The notes below the pieces were generated by a model. The model saw nothing but the letters and a program-made list of their open reading frames with translations, was not told where the DNA came from and did no database searches. Of a stretch of DNA of 64,000 bases, positions 1-13,506 are shown piece by piece. Every line of letters starts with the position of its first letter. Within the stretch, counting starts at the first letter, position 1. Position numbers and translations under genes: made by a program. Source of the DNA: Octopus vulgaris (taxonomy: Eukaryota). Location: positions 202,988,001 to 203,052,000 of the forward strand of contig OX597815.1 in the NCBI GenBank assembly GCA_951406725.2. The letters are read 5' to 3'.

Positions 1-624
1 AACTTTAGTACTATGTCTATTTAAATAAATAAGGCATTCAGTTACATGTTAAAATTGCACACCAGAGTAATGTGAAGATATGTTTATTACCTTTAAGCAA
101 AACCAAAGACTTGTGTTTCATTGGTGATGCGTGGTCAATTAAAAACTCATAAGTGAAAAAACAGTGCATCACCTCGCAAAATTTCATTAAAATTTTCCAT
201 CCTGCAGTTCAAATTTCACGCGATATGTTAAGGTATTTCTGTTGAAACAGACCCAAGATTTGTATGAGTTACGTTTGAACTTAATCATTTCCAGCACTAA
301 CGAGTATACGAAGATCATTCTAATATTCACTACCCCGGGATCGATAAGCTTGTAGTTAGGTGATAGCATATATTTTCACGAACGAAAACCTTAGACATTT
401 GTATTTATTGCGAAGTTTCACACATGTGTGGATACACACATATTTATGTATATATGTATGTATATATGAATAGGAATAAACTCTCCATCAGGATGTGTAA
501 AATATCAGTAAATGATGCCCCGAGAAGGCTTTTTGTTTTTTCAACTTCATAATGTCTTTTAAAAGTGCAAATATTGAATAACGGTAATCAGCCGAAATAC
601 AGGATAGGCAATATGAATGAACTT

Positions 625-700
625 TTTAATGTAGCTGGGCTATGGTAATAAAAGCGCCGAATCCCAAGATTCTGAGTTCGATTCCAGGCAGTGACCTGAA
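625..700 (+). mobile_element. Degenerate tRNA-derived SINE head followed by (AAT)n
   Basis: B-box-like GAGTTCGATTCC in a tRNA T-arm context (AATCCCAAGATTCTGAGTTCGATTCCAGGCAG) with a weak A-box upstream; no complete cloverleaf. Confidence 0.5.
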
Positions 701-713
701 TAATAATAATAAT

Positions 714-766
<53 letters not shown>
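699..766. repeat. (AAT)n microsatellite; further AAT tracts at about 1018-1085 and 1192-1238
   Basis: Direct reading. Confidence 0.95.
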
Positions 767-767
<1 letters not shown>

Positions 768-1036
768 CACCCTTAAAGAACCCTTATTCAGAGACCTTTT
801 GAGCAGGATGGGCTACTCGACCTGAAGAAAATTCTAACTGAGCCCCACTTGCAAGGTCATGTGCTGTTTATCTTAATATGAAATCATGTCGCGCGCATAT
901 GGTTATGATGCATGTGCGTGGTGGACCCTTATCAGACGGGTAGTCATGATTGGTATACTGGGCCTCGTATATTTTCCCCAGTGTCACTTTGATGGCATGC
1001 GCTGCTCTCTCACTCAGTAATAATAATAACAATAAC

Positions 1037-1083
<47 letters not shown>

Positions 1084-1188
1084 AATAACCATCAGAGTAT
1101 CACAACAAATCACAGCACATACCCAAGGCACACAGAGCTGCGCTCGGTAGTGAAGTGAAAGCACGCTATAAAAATAAAAATAAAACTA

Positions 1189-1230
<42 letters not shown>

Positions 1231-1238
1231 TGTAATAA

Positions 1239-1400
1239 CATCGAAAAATACCTTAGGAATGAGAACACAGGTTCGAAATTTCCCCAAGATACCTGATGAA
1301 GACTGGAAAGTATATCAGCCGAAGCGTTGTGTTAACAACAAACATGATGAGGACAAATATCCGTCAAATGCAAATAATGTAAATAATGTACACAATTCCT
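1239..1400 (+). mobile_element. Short interspersed repeat, family HH-A (PLE pseudo-LTR-like), copy 1
   Basis: Near-identical to 20478-20627 (CATCGAAAAATAC.TTAGGAATGAGAAC.CAGGTT.GAAATTTCC...GATGAGGACAAATA.CCGTCAAATG.AAATAATGTAAATAAT). Both copies follow an (AAT)n tract and contain a hammerhead motif. Confidence 0.8.
1288..1333 (+). ncRNA. Minimal type I hammerhead ribozyme motif, mutated (GAAA>GAAG)
   Basis: GATAC-CTGATGA-A-GACTG-(10 nt)-CAGCC-GAAG-CGTT-GTGTT. Helix I GATAC/GTGTT, helix II with one mismatch; homologous to 20527-20572. Confidence 0.65.
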
Positions 1401-1674
1401 TATCTCTGAGATACAGAACTGTATTTCAACCATTATCTCAGTAATTGCTTCAGCACCATGTTTCTAGTGAAGACCCTACCATCAATGATTTCGCCTTGAT
1501 TTGATTAATTCTTGATTTAATTAATTCTTCCCTTTTTCTCCACGATGTTCTCTCTCTTTCGATTTCTCTCCTTTGTGTTGTTTCCTCTTCCGTTTCATCT
1601 TGTCGCCTTTGCGATGCTCTCCTTCTGTCTTCACAGCTGCTTGCTCTTCTTATCATCTTGGCGCTATTGTGTGG

Positions 1675-1713
<39 letters not shown>

Positions 1714-1940
1714 ACTCTCTCTCTCTCTCTCTCTCACTCTCTCTCTCTATCTTTCTCTCTTTGGATATCTTTCCTTTGTGAAATTAGGTGCTCCTTTTCA
1801 TTTTGACGATTTCTGTTTTCTTACGTCTTGCGCTCGTCTCTCTTGTCTCACTTCTTGTCATTGATTTAATAACCTCAATGTGTTGTTTAACCTTCTTGTG
1901 TCCAGTTCTTCTTGTGTGAGACTGGCTATTCTTTGCCTTT

Positions 1941-1941
<1 letters not shown>

Positions 1942-2025
<84 letters not shown>
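1942..2025. repeat. (CT)n microsatellite; others at about 1675-1760, 4862-4952, 53525-53650
   Basis: Direct reading. Confidence 0.95.
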
Positions 2026-2029
<4 letters not shown>

Positions 2030-3527
2030 AACCGTCGCCTTCTGTCTGATTCATTATCCATACCAGGTGGATGAATATATTTAATATAACGAAACACAAA
2101 CTTCAAAGCAAATGAGTATATATATTTGTGTGTATGTCTGTGTGTGTGTGTGTCTGTGTACGTATGTTAGTTTGTTTACATTCTATACATAACCATACAA
2201 CGTCCGAAATTACAGAGGATTATATTAACGGCATACACACAGACATTTATTTTTCTCCAGTAACATTTACACGTTCTCTCTCTGTCTCTGTCTCTCTCTC
2301 TCTGTCACTCACTTTACCGCCTAAAATGGAAAAAGATCTTGAAAACAAATTTCATCGCTTTGGCAAAATTCTTCATTCATAAATATTGACAAACATCACT
2401 GTACCGACAAGTATTTGTAAATATTTACAATTACCTTCCTTTCATATTTCGCTTTCTTTAAACAGACAATAGTATCAAGCTTTCTTTCAATAGACAATAT
2501 ATCAATTTTATGACTTAAAAATGCTACTAATTTGCTTATCTTAAATTTTATTAACTTTTCAACTTTTTAAGCAGAAAAATCTTCCAGAACAGTCAAACTT
2601 CTAAAGAGATACAGTAAAAATAATTTTGAGGTGCAAAAATTATATTTACTTATCTTCTATATTGTTATTAATGTTTACCAGAAAAAAAAATCAGTGTTTA
2701 CCAAAAAAAAAAAATGAAAATGTTGTTGGAGAGAGAGAGAGAGAGAGAGTGAAAGAGAGTTAAAGTAAGAGAGAGAGTGTGTGTGTGCGTCTGTAGGTTG
2801 ATAGACAGAGAGAGCGGCAGCGTTCTTCAATTAAATGAAAAGATTTTTGTTGAGAGAGAGAGAGAGAGGCGCTGTTTTATACCATCCCTCTCTCATTGCT
2901 TTTACCATTTTGTCTCTTCTCTTTCTTTTTACTCTTACACTGCTATTCCCTTATTGTGTGATTTTGGACAAACTTACAAACAAGTTCATTATTATAATAA
3001 ATTACTTGCTTATAATATCTGACACGATTTTCACACAGATTATTTTTTAGCAGATTTTCTATTTTCTTTCAAGCTACAGGGGAAGCTTGTTTTAAAATTC
3101 ATTTCTCGGTTTCACATATTGTTTATAATGATCTAACGAAATTATTATCAGATTTATTAAAAATAGCTTGTGAACGCCATGAAGATATATAAGAAATATA
3201 ATTGTTATGTTTTGTCTTCTCGCCAACAACCAAGAGAAAATATAAATGAGAAGAATAAATATTAGTTAATTTTAGTGTATTTTGCCTACATTCAGAGTTC
3301 AAATCATGTAGCCGGAAACAATACACAATCGTCAATCAAATATATGCCAGACGAGATGAAATCACTTCAGTACGAGAAATCAGGAATCTGTGACATAATA
3401 ACGTCATACCAAAATACTAGAACATATCTTTCGTTAAATCAAAATTTATCGATACAATAAAGGTTAAAACTATACATAGAATGCAATAATAAATCTCTGA
3501 ACGAGATGTAAACAGTAACTGCTCGAC

Positions 3528-3614
3528 AACGTAAAGTATACTAGCCATCTTAATATGGCTAAACACCCACCCTTAGTGGTTAGCCATATTGAGATAGCTA
3601 GTATACTTTACGTT
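3528..3614. repeat. Inverted repeat, 39-bp arms with a 9-nt loop
   Basis: AACGTAAAGTATACTAGCCATCTTAATATGGCTAAACAC / GTGGTTAGCCATATTGAGATAGCTAGTATACTTTACGTT. Confidence 0.9.
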
Positions 3615-4861
3615 ATACATAGAATCTTTCCATGAAAATATTATTCCTGAGAAGTAAACACAAGTAAATTATGGGGTCTAAATAATCGATTTTTGCAAAC
3701 TACCATCGCTTTATGGGAAGTGATTTCAGTATTAATAATCGTCTAGATAGTAATTATAGATGTTTCGAAACTCAGAGAAGCTAAGCGTTTCCGTTTTGTC
3801 TTGTTTGTATGACTTCAATTAACTTACTGCTCGTTCCTATCTATGAATATATGCAAGGTCGCAACAGTTGTCTCTTTTGTAGCTTGCACGCATAAAATTT
3901 GTATATTTCTATAGAAATCTAAATAAATACACAACTAATACTTTTAAACGTAATGAATTATTTTCTTTATCTGTTACCACTATCATTTCTTTAACGAGGT
4001 AATCATTTATATTCATTATCCTATAATTTTATATCTACTCATTCTGTAATACTCGTGATTATATGCATTATTCTTTAGTATTAAGTCAACTTAATTTATA
4101 CGAAAGAAACTTATGAACTAAAGAATCTCATTCATAACCATGCAGTAGATTTCTATATTCACGACTATATTTGTCCTCCTTCTTGCAAGTAGGTAGCATG
4201 TGGCTTTAAGAAATTTGGTTATTTATAACAGGTCAGAGAATCTTTTACCTTTTGTTTCTTTTTGACAGAACAAAATATACAGGAAACGAAGAGGCAAAGA
4301 GGGAAAATTACCGGTCACTTATCCTGTTATTTTTTTGTTGTTGTTTACTTTGTTTATACCTGGAAATTAAAGCCAAAATATCTAAAACTAAACCTACCAA
4401 GCATACAAGCAAAATTAAAATTCTAAACCTATCACAATCAGATGCACACATTATGCGAAAGAAATATTTCTGAATTTGCCTCAAACCAGAAATTTGCATA
4501 ATTGATTAAACTAAATTTAATTATATTATTGATCCTTCTTAATGTTAGTAGGATTAACGGTAAAAGGACGTGAATAATTAATGCTACGATAGATGAAAAT
4601 GAAAGAATGCAAAAATATCTTAAGGGAATTTGTCTGATGCGCAACTCTGTTCAACATGATGGGTTATCTGAGGCCAGTACGTTGCTGGTTTTTAAATCTA
4701 TCAGCAAAATTAGAAACATTAGATATATGAACATAAATAGCAAAATAATGCTGCTTTGCAATAAATATTAATCGCTTTGTGATGAGAGTTCAAATTCTGC
4801 CAATTTTAACTTTGTGTTATATCCATGTTGTTGATAAATCATCAGTCGAATAACAGGGTTA

Positions 4862-4958
<97 letters not shown>

Positions 4959-5557
4959 TCTCTCAGATTCGGCTGTGCTTCACTGTTAAGGTGTCTTGGT
5001 GGAGCTTTGATATTTACCCCTACCTCTAAAACTTGGAGAAGGGTTGAGGAATAGAATTAACAACCCATTCTCATGGCACAAACAAATGTCACAAGAAGTC
5101 AGAGAAACTGGGGGTTGTAAGACTGAATTACTGAATTACTGAATGTCCATTAGCCATTCAATTTTCGGATGCCACCGACTCTCACTTCCAAAACTGTTAA
5201 TTCGCATAACATAGGTTATTACAAACAGCAAGACACATATATAAATCCATGCATACATATAAGTATGTTTATGTGTTTCTATCTGTTTGTGTTTGTAAAT
5301 ATATGTGTATGTATGAGTATGTGTGTGGGCGAGTGTGGATGCTTTATGTGTGTGTGATAAATATTTGGATTTTGAATACCTGTTTGGCAAATTATTTTAG
5401 ATAGAGAGTATGTTGAAATTGAAAAAAATTTTAAAGAATTCTATGTTAACATATAAGGAGTGCACGAAAAGCCGCTAAATTTTCAAGGTCTCTCGAACCT
5501 CCAGACAGTGAAATAGAATCTATATTCCTTTGTAATGTATTGTTCTATTCTATACTC

Positions 5558-5966
5558 ATTTTACTCTCTTTTTTACTCTTTTACTTGTTTCAGTCATTTG
5601 ACTGCGGCCATGCTGGAGCACCGCCTTTTAATCGAGCAACTCGATCCCGGGACTTATTCTTTTGTCAGCCGAGTACTTATTCTATCGGTGTCTTTTACCG
5701 AACCGCTAAGTAACGGGGACATAAACACACCAGCATCGGTTGTCAAGCAATGCTAGGGGGACAAACACAGACACACACACACTCATATATATATACATAT
5801 ATACAACGGGCTTCTTTCAGTTTCCGTCTACCAAATCCACTCACAGGGCTTTGGTCGGCCCGAGGCTATAGTAGAAGACATTTGCCCAAGGTGCAACGCA
5901 GTGGGACTGAACCCGGAACCATGTGGTTGGTAAACAAGCTACTTACCACACAGCCACTCCTGCACT
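5558..5966 (-). mobile_element. tRNA-derived SINE family B, full-length copy
   Basis: Minus-strand head GCAGGAGTGGCTGTGTGGTAAG...CCGGGTTCAGTCCC (A/B boxes), CCTTGGGCAA core-like motif, internal (TA/TG)n, 3' tail of GTAAAAGA-type repeats; matches the copies at 9813, 11341 and 23231. Confidence 0.9.
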
Positions 5967-6557
5967 CTATGCCTTCTTTTACTTCATTTCTATTTACCTG
6001 ATAATGGAATCGCCATCGCTACTTTCTGAATACATGATCGAATTGACCGACGGAGTGGCATATATAAATTGAAATGGGGAATTTACAATGAAAAATAATA
6101 AATGCTGTTGGATGTCTGATGTCACAATGCAAGAGGTTAGAATATTTTGTAGTTGTGCTTCATTTCGAAGATTTTTGACGTGAACATGTGCACTGAAACA
6201 TTATTTGTTGTATCTTGGAAGGGTCATTGGCCTGATAATCCTCCTAAAATACAACAAAGTACAAGAGTATATTTGTAAAAAATATAGCTAAATATAAATT
6301 TTAAATACATTATTTTTTCATTCCTTTTTTAACACTACTATGTGTGGTTCGTTCCTATTAATATTATGCATAACCTTGCCTTGCAATTCCATAAACCGGT
6401 CTTTTGCACAATTACACACAAGCTGTTAAATTCCATTATTTATGAGTTATTTTACGCTTCGAAAATTGCGTTTCTGCTCTGTTTTTCCTATTAGCCTTTG
6501 TTTTCTTATATTTTCCAAATGAAGCTCATTAATCAAATCAGTCGTTATTAATGTTAA

Positions 6558-6930
6558 TCTCTTATATAAAATCCGTTCCGTCTGTCTATGTGTGTGTGTA
6601 TGGCTTCTAGAATCTTGGGCATCCTCCATCCGATTGAGCTCAAATTTGATATGTAGAATCCGACGGTATCAGGTTTATAAGTCTTGAAAAAATTACAAAA
6701 ATCGTTTCCAGGTAAGTATGCGATCGATAAAGACGTGGGAAATCGTTTTTCTTTGGAATAGAAAAAAGTCTATCTTTATTTCTTCTTTTGCTGGTGTCTC
6801 AAATTTAGGTTAAATCAGTGTTTCTCAAAAGGGAGGTCTATGGGACGGTCGGACAAGTTGTTTTGAGAAAATCTGGTTTAAATGTTTGACAACTCAACAC
6901 CGTCCATTGGACGGGGGGCGTTTTGTTCGT
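6558..6930 (+). mobile_element. Probable degenerate non-autonomous Helitron
   Basis: 5' A|TCTCTTATATAAAA start and a 3' GC hairpin CCGTCCA-T-TGGACGG about 12-15 nt before the end; terminal CTRR is degenerate. Confidence 0.45.
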
Positions 6931-6998
6931 TAGATATATAGATTGTTCATTTTATGTACTTCTATATAGAAATGAGTTTCATTTATTTCTATTGGTGG

Positions 6999-7034
<36 letters not shown>

Positions 7035-7534
7035 GGTACCTCAGTTTAGTGTTCCTTTTACATTCAGCTCCCTTTTACTGTATAATATTTAATTCGTCTT
7101 TTCCATTCCAATTACGTATTGATAGTGATATAGCCCTATATTTATATATGTGTGTGTTTATGTGTGTATATATTTAAGTGCACGTGTATGTACGAGAATA
7201 TATATATATATACATATATATAATATGTTTGTATTCATATATATGTGTGCGTGTGTTTGAGTATATCTATTTTTATTTTTGTGTATATATGTATGCATAT
7301 TTTTGTATGCATACATGTATACATATTTATGAATGTATACACATTAGAGGGGAGTCCTGGTCATCAGCGTCACTCAGGCTCGTAACATATTTCGCATAAG
7401 ACACATGTATAAAAAAGGTAAGAGACGCAATGCACACCGCAGACTTATATGTGCACTGATGATTCAACAGTAAGTTTGCCGCTTCTAACAAAAGAATGCC
7501 ACAGAAATATAGTTTTAATATAAAAATTACTTCA

Positions 7535-7969
7535 TTTATACACGAACTCTAGTCATCTTGGTTTCATGGCGAACTCGTGTAATATCCTGTCGTGCAGCCC
7601 TTTGTTGTTGTCCAAGTCGTTCAAAATACTTTTCCCGAATGAAATACGAGCCAGTAAAGACAGCCTTTTGTGGGTCATTGTATTTCTCAGATATATGCAG
7701 ATTCAATCCAACGTTGAGAAACTTCTCTCATTAGTGACTGAAGTTAAGGGCATAGTCAACACTAGCTTAATTAGTTTAATGGATTCCAACATAGCATACT
7801 CCTTGACTCTACTTGCACAAAGCCAATCAATCTGTTCATACCATTTTATCTGGAATGTTCGAGTTCCAACTTTAGTGTTCAATGAAGGAGTCAGCCTACC
7901 TGCTCGAGGAATTTTACGTTTTCCCGCAATATTTCTAAGCCCTGATGGTTTAATTTTTATATCTAGCAT
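7535..7969 (-). pseudogene. hAT transposase C-terminal dimerisation-domain fragment
   Basis: LIKLVLTMPLTSVTNERSFSTL, then after a disruption YLRNTMTHKRLSLLARIS, matching the hATC signature (T.P.T....ERSFS.L......LR.TM...RL..LA). Confidence 0.8.
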
Positions 7970-9249
7970 TATGTCAGTCTACAATTCTAAGTTAAGGGTC
8001 AAAATAAGGCAACCATGCAAAACACAACCGATCTTTACACACAGACGAACAGAATAACAGCAATGAAATAATGAAAGCGGAGTGCACAACAAACATCAGC
8101 GAACGCCTGTACTCTTGACAAGAGATGTCAGTTTGTCCTTTACACCTACCACTCTCCGTTCATAATAGCCCGAGTGGCTGGATAATTTTTCGTTCCTTTC
8201 TGAATATTGTAGAGCGAAAACTTTTTATAGATTGCAATTTAAATCCTAATCTCTATTGAAATTTATTGCTTCAAGAAAACATTGAATTTCAATTACTTTC
8301 AACTTTTACCATTATAGATAACAACTCAGGCTGTAACCTCTGAGCGAGAGAACGTCTGCTACAAATATTATTTTTTGACACAGGGCACCTGTAAGACGAC
8401 GGCCAGACGTTGCACCATAATAGATGAACTGCGACCAGGCTCAATAAAAGGAGCCTGAGTTATTGGCTGCATTTACATACTTGGCAGAAAGTAAATCAGC
8501 TTGCAAAATTTACTAAATTTATCTCTTTACTAAATTTATTCTCTTTACTAAATTTATACTCGGGCTGATCCCGAAGAAGACGAAATGGCGAAGTCGCCAT
8601 TGACAGACAAAATTTTTAAGTTAACTTTAACTGCTTTGCGATTTTGGTATATTCGGCTTGCCTCTCTTGCTTTTTGATATATATTTTTGCGCAACATTCT
8701 TATTCGTTGCTAGCTTATGGGCCTTTCTTTTAAATAGTATTGACTTATTTTTCCTGTTTCATTTTACATCTTTCATCTACTTCATATATATACGTTGATG
8801 CATATTTTCCGCACATAAATTCTATACATGCCCATTATTAATCCTTTTGTATTTTGTTACTCCTTCGTTAAAACGTTCCAATATATTATCAATGTTAGCT
8901 ATCAACCATTATCGCTCACCTCAATACGCTATTGGTTTATTCTGACTCCTGATATCTACCCGACGCCAAAGTGTGTACAGGAAATTTGGTGCACCTTCTA
9001 AGACTCTTTTATCCTTCATTCTTTTTAGTTTTCTTACCTACCCTACCCTCTTTCTAGCATAGTTCGCCTGCTATTAAATGCCATTTGTAAACACAGCCAT
9101 TTTGTTTCCCTTTAGATCGACTTACCTACAAAGAATGTCATTCGTCATTTGATCTTGATTTTGTATTTAAGGTTTTTTTTTAACTTGCCATTCGTGCGGT
9201 GGATAAACTGTGACTTATTTTTACCGTTTCCATTCCTTACATTTTCGGA

Positions 9250-9356
9250 TACATACATACATACATACATACATACATACATACATACATACATACATAC
9301 ATACATACATACATACATACATACATACATACATACATACATGCATACATACATAC
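9250..9356. repeat. (TACA)n microsatellite
   Basis: Direct reading. Confidence 0.95.
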
Positions 9357-9812
9357 CTATATATATGTGTGTGTGGTTCAATCAGAAAGAGGCATATGAT
9401 TTAGTGCTTCGTTTAGAAACTGATGTATTTACCTGTTTAATTAATGTGTCAGTACGGTGAGATATAATATCTGCAAGGAGCTGATATATTGAACATTCCT
9501 GTTTAGCGAACTAAAATTCTTGAATTATAAATGGAAAAATCTATAATCTCAAGGTTTTCTTTCTAGGAACATAGCAAATAGAAATTCTAAGTACACTTGT
9601 GGAGGTAGTTATGAAAGACAATGCTAGAATTTAACACTTTACGTCTAAGAAAATTACAGCCGCTTCAATGGACTTGAATAAATATCGTTGATCGTTGATG
9701 AAGAGGATCACTGATTAATACAAACCTACATATACATGTGTGGTGGGGGCGGTGTCTACGTTCATAGAAATATCTATAATTGCCTTGAAAATAAAGTATT
9801 ACATTATATGTA

Positions 9813-10147
9813 TACTCGTTACTCGTTTACTCGTTTCAGTCATTTGACTGCGGCCATGCTGGAGCACCGCTAAGTGACGGGGACATAAACACATCAGCAT
9901 CGGTTGTCAAGCAATGCTAGGGGGACAAACACAGACAGACAAACACACACACACACACATACATATATATATACATATATACACATATATACGACGGGCT
10001 TCTTTCAGTTTCCGTCTACCAAATCCACTCACAAGGCATTGGTCGGCCCGAGGCTATAGTAGAAGACACTTGCCCAAGGTGCCACGCAGTGGGACTGAAC
10101 CCGGAACCATGTGGTTAGTAAACAAGCTACTTACCACACAGCCACTC

Positions 10148-10150
<3 letters not shown>
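9813..10150 (-). mobile_element. SINE family B copy with an internal deletion
   Basis: Same head and tail as 5558-5966, but lacks the segment between the two ACCGC microhomologies (GGAGCACCGC|TAAGTGACGG). Confidence 0.9.
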
Positions 10151-10205
<55 letters not shown>

Positions 10206-10902
10206 ATATGCGTGTGTGTGCTTGTACGCATGTGCGCGTGTTTTCTGTGTGTGTTTTGTGTGCGAGTGTGTGTTTTGTGTGGGGGGGGGGAGTAGTGAGA
10301 GAAAGAGAAAGAAAGAGAGACACAGACAGACAGAAAGTGATAGTGTGCGAATGTGAGAAAAGATTATGTGTGTGAACGGATGCGTCAGAATAAATGAATC
10401 AAAGTAGACGATCGAAAGTATATCATTTATTTGATTTCAGTTAGAATTGGTCGCTGGCAAACTTACCAATTGTTATTGTTACTGATGTTGGAAATCATTG
10501 CAATTTAAACTCCTCACATCTTTAAGTAGGATTACCATTGTCATGATAATTATATAGACTTCGTGACGATGTCCATTGTAGTGTTGCAACAAATATATAA
10601 GGCCTTTGTTATAGACAGATGGCAGAATTGAAACAAATACTTGATTCTCAACAATACCAAAACCTTGAGGGGTATAAAGTGCATATGAACCTTCACAACG
10701 AGTTCTGATTTTAGTTAATTATTTCATTAAGTATCAATATAATGTTCAAAGCCCTTTCTCTGGTTGAGATCGTTTGACGTAACTTCATAAATGTCGTGTG
10801 AAGTATGTCTGGTACATGAAATATGCCACTCACAGCGTACATATATGTATGTGTGTGTGTGTGCGTGAGTGTATAAATATACCTTCATATATATATGTAT
10901 AT

Positions 10903-10995
<93 letters not shown>
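10903..10995. repeat. (AAT)n(TTA)n self-complementary microsatellite
   Basis: An AAT tract switches directly into its reverse complement. Confidence 0.9.
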
Positions 10996-10996
<1 letters not shown>

Positions 10997-11081
10997 CGTA
11001 AAATAAACAAAAGAATGAGACCCTGATATGCGAAGAAATAGATGATTATTTAACATGTTATAAATTAGAGTAAAGAGTAGA

Positions 11082-11341
11082 CGGTTGACATTATAGTATC
11101 CAGAGTTTCGAATGTCGGTGCGAAGAGCAACGATGCATTCTCGTCGGTTATTAATGGCAAAGGATGTTACGAAAAACCATTAAATATAAGGGAAGTAACT
11201 CTAATACGTGGGAAAAGTAAAATGATTAAAAATATCATAAAAATATATGAAAAGATATATAAAAATATTCACACCATATTCTCACAGAAAAATAACATAA
11301 ACATAAACATAAACCACCAGCGTTCACAACGTCTACATACG
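11082..11341 (+). mobile_element. Interspersed repeat, possibly Helitron-related; further copies at 56409-56606 and 56751-56826
   Basis: Shared blocks GTTG.CATTATAGTA, CGAATGTCGG.GCGAAGAGC.ACGATG.ATTCTC, AAAAACC.TT.AATA.A.GGGAAGT.ACTCTAATA and GCGTTCA.AACGTCT.CATACG. The ATAAGGGAAGTAACTCT motif also occurs in the Helitrons at 51404 and 56974. Confidence 0.65.
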
Positions 11342-11733
<392 letters not shown>

Positions 11734-12277
11734 ATTAATATACCATAAGATCGAATTGGTACAGTCATTATTTTGTACGAAGGATCGCTTCGATCAATCC
11801 TGCTACAGTCTCGTATGAGTAGCATTCTCTGCAACATGTTGTAGTCTGGGTGACATTAGTTAAATCAATACATTAAGTACTGTCTCGATAATGAGACATT
11901 TTTTACCTAGACACCAGTTCGTCTATGGATGCACCTGATGTGCCTCTGACTACAATATGCTTGTAAAAAAACGATGCACAGAATCCCAACCATAAGGAAG
12001 AGTAGTAGGATGGGCCGACACGATAGTCGTACAAAATAAACACAAATACCAAATCCATCTTCTGGTTTTCTGGTTACTTAATCAATTATTAATATCTCAA
12101 GCAACACTGTGGAATTCCTGCAGTAGATCCAACGAAAACATACCCCAATTGCTTGTGACACCAGGGAGTCCAAACCGTGTCAGTGCTTTATTCAAGACAA
12201 TAACACATTAATCGATATACCAATTAGTCCAACATATTACACATACATATATATATATATATACATGTATTTAAATT

Positions 12278-12326
<49 letters not shown>

Positions 12327-12402
12327 GTGCATATCTCTCTATCTCTCTGCCCCTGTCTCTCTCCCTATATACACACAAACATATTTATATATATATATAT
12401 GT

Positions 12403-12598
12403 CGCCACGATAGATATGATAGATCGTTAGCTACTACACACATTTTTTTTCTCTTCTTGTTTTTTCTGTCTCTTTCTGTAGAAGAGCGTATGTTCGAAAC
12501 GTAAAAGACTTTTTCTATTCCTGATCGTTATACTAATACATCTGTTTGTTTTGTGCACCACCTGTCTTCGTCTTTTGTTTTTTCGTGAATTCTCCTTA
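12403..12598 (+). mobile_element. Short interspersed repeat, family HH-B (PLE pseudo-LTR-like)
   Basis: Homologous to the reverse complement of 13507-13713; embedded in (TA)n; contains a hammerhead-like motif. Confidence 0.7.
12471..12508 (+). ncRNA. Minimal hammerhead-like motif with CUGUAGA (A6U) core
   Basis: TCTTT-CTGTAGA-A-GAGC-GTAT-GTTC-GAAA-CGTA-AAAGA. Helix I TCTTT/AAAGA, helix II GAGC/GTTC, palindromic ACGT helix III, GUA triplet. Confidence 0.65.
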
Positions 12599-12669
<71 letters not shown>

Positions 12670-13342
12670 AATGATAGAAGACATTAACCTAATGTCAATA
12701 TATCCTTGTAGTTAAATAAAGATTGTAAGGAGAATAGGTTTTACGCATTTACTCGTTGAACACAGTAGGCAGTAACCATGATGACGTAGCTGTCTGACAA
12801 CGTTCACTTTTAAAATTTTATTTTCACATTTTCTATGAAAACATATATCATGGAGCAACTTTGGTACGAGATTTGTTTCAGACCTGCTATAGCGATATTA
12901 CTTAAACTTCAGACATAAAATACCTACATGTCCCAGCGTGACATCCAGAATGTGACAGGTGTAATAGAGAAAGAGCCAAACTCTCGCATTGGGATGTGTG
13001 TGCCTGCGTCTCTGTGTATATGGGAGGGTATATGTGTGAGTGCGCGTGTTTCGGTGTGTTTTCGCGCGTGCATGTTTGTGTGTGTGTGTGTATTCCTCTT
13101 GAGTTCGGCTCAAAAATAAGTATGACTATTTTGGATTTTAGCTTTTTCTAAAGTTATTAAAGAAGTGTCTCTCCTCCAGTAAATATAATTCAGAATCATT
13201 GGTTGTGTTCACAGAATAGTAACTTCATATGTGATAATATGAAAATGCTGAAAGATGTCTATTCCATTATTAGCAGATATATGTTGCTTACACACACAGG
13301 CGCTCACAGATGCGCGCACACACATATGTATCTGCGTGTGTA

Positions 13343-13387
<45 letters not shown>

Positions 13388-13403
13388 CACCGATACATAC
13401 ACA

Positions 13404-13460
<57 letters not shown>

Positions 13461-13464
13461 GTGA

Positions 13465-13506
<42 letters not shown>

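Noticed and set aside
7566-8057. 163-aa plus-strand ORF as a host gene
   Set aside because: It is the antisense shadow of the hAT transposase fragment.
8565-8605. CCGAAGA-A-GAC...GTC hammerhead-like half
   Set aside because: No GAAA after the stem and no helix I or III.
11760-12230. Possible restriction-like-endonuclease LINE relic
   Set aside because: Only a SLQHVV-like fragment; no complete CCHC or PD..D motif is readable.
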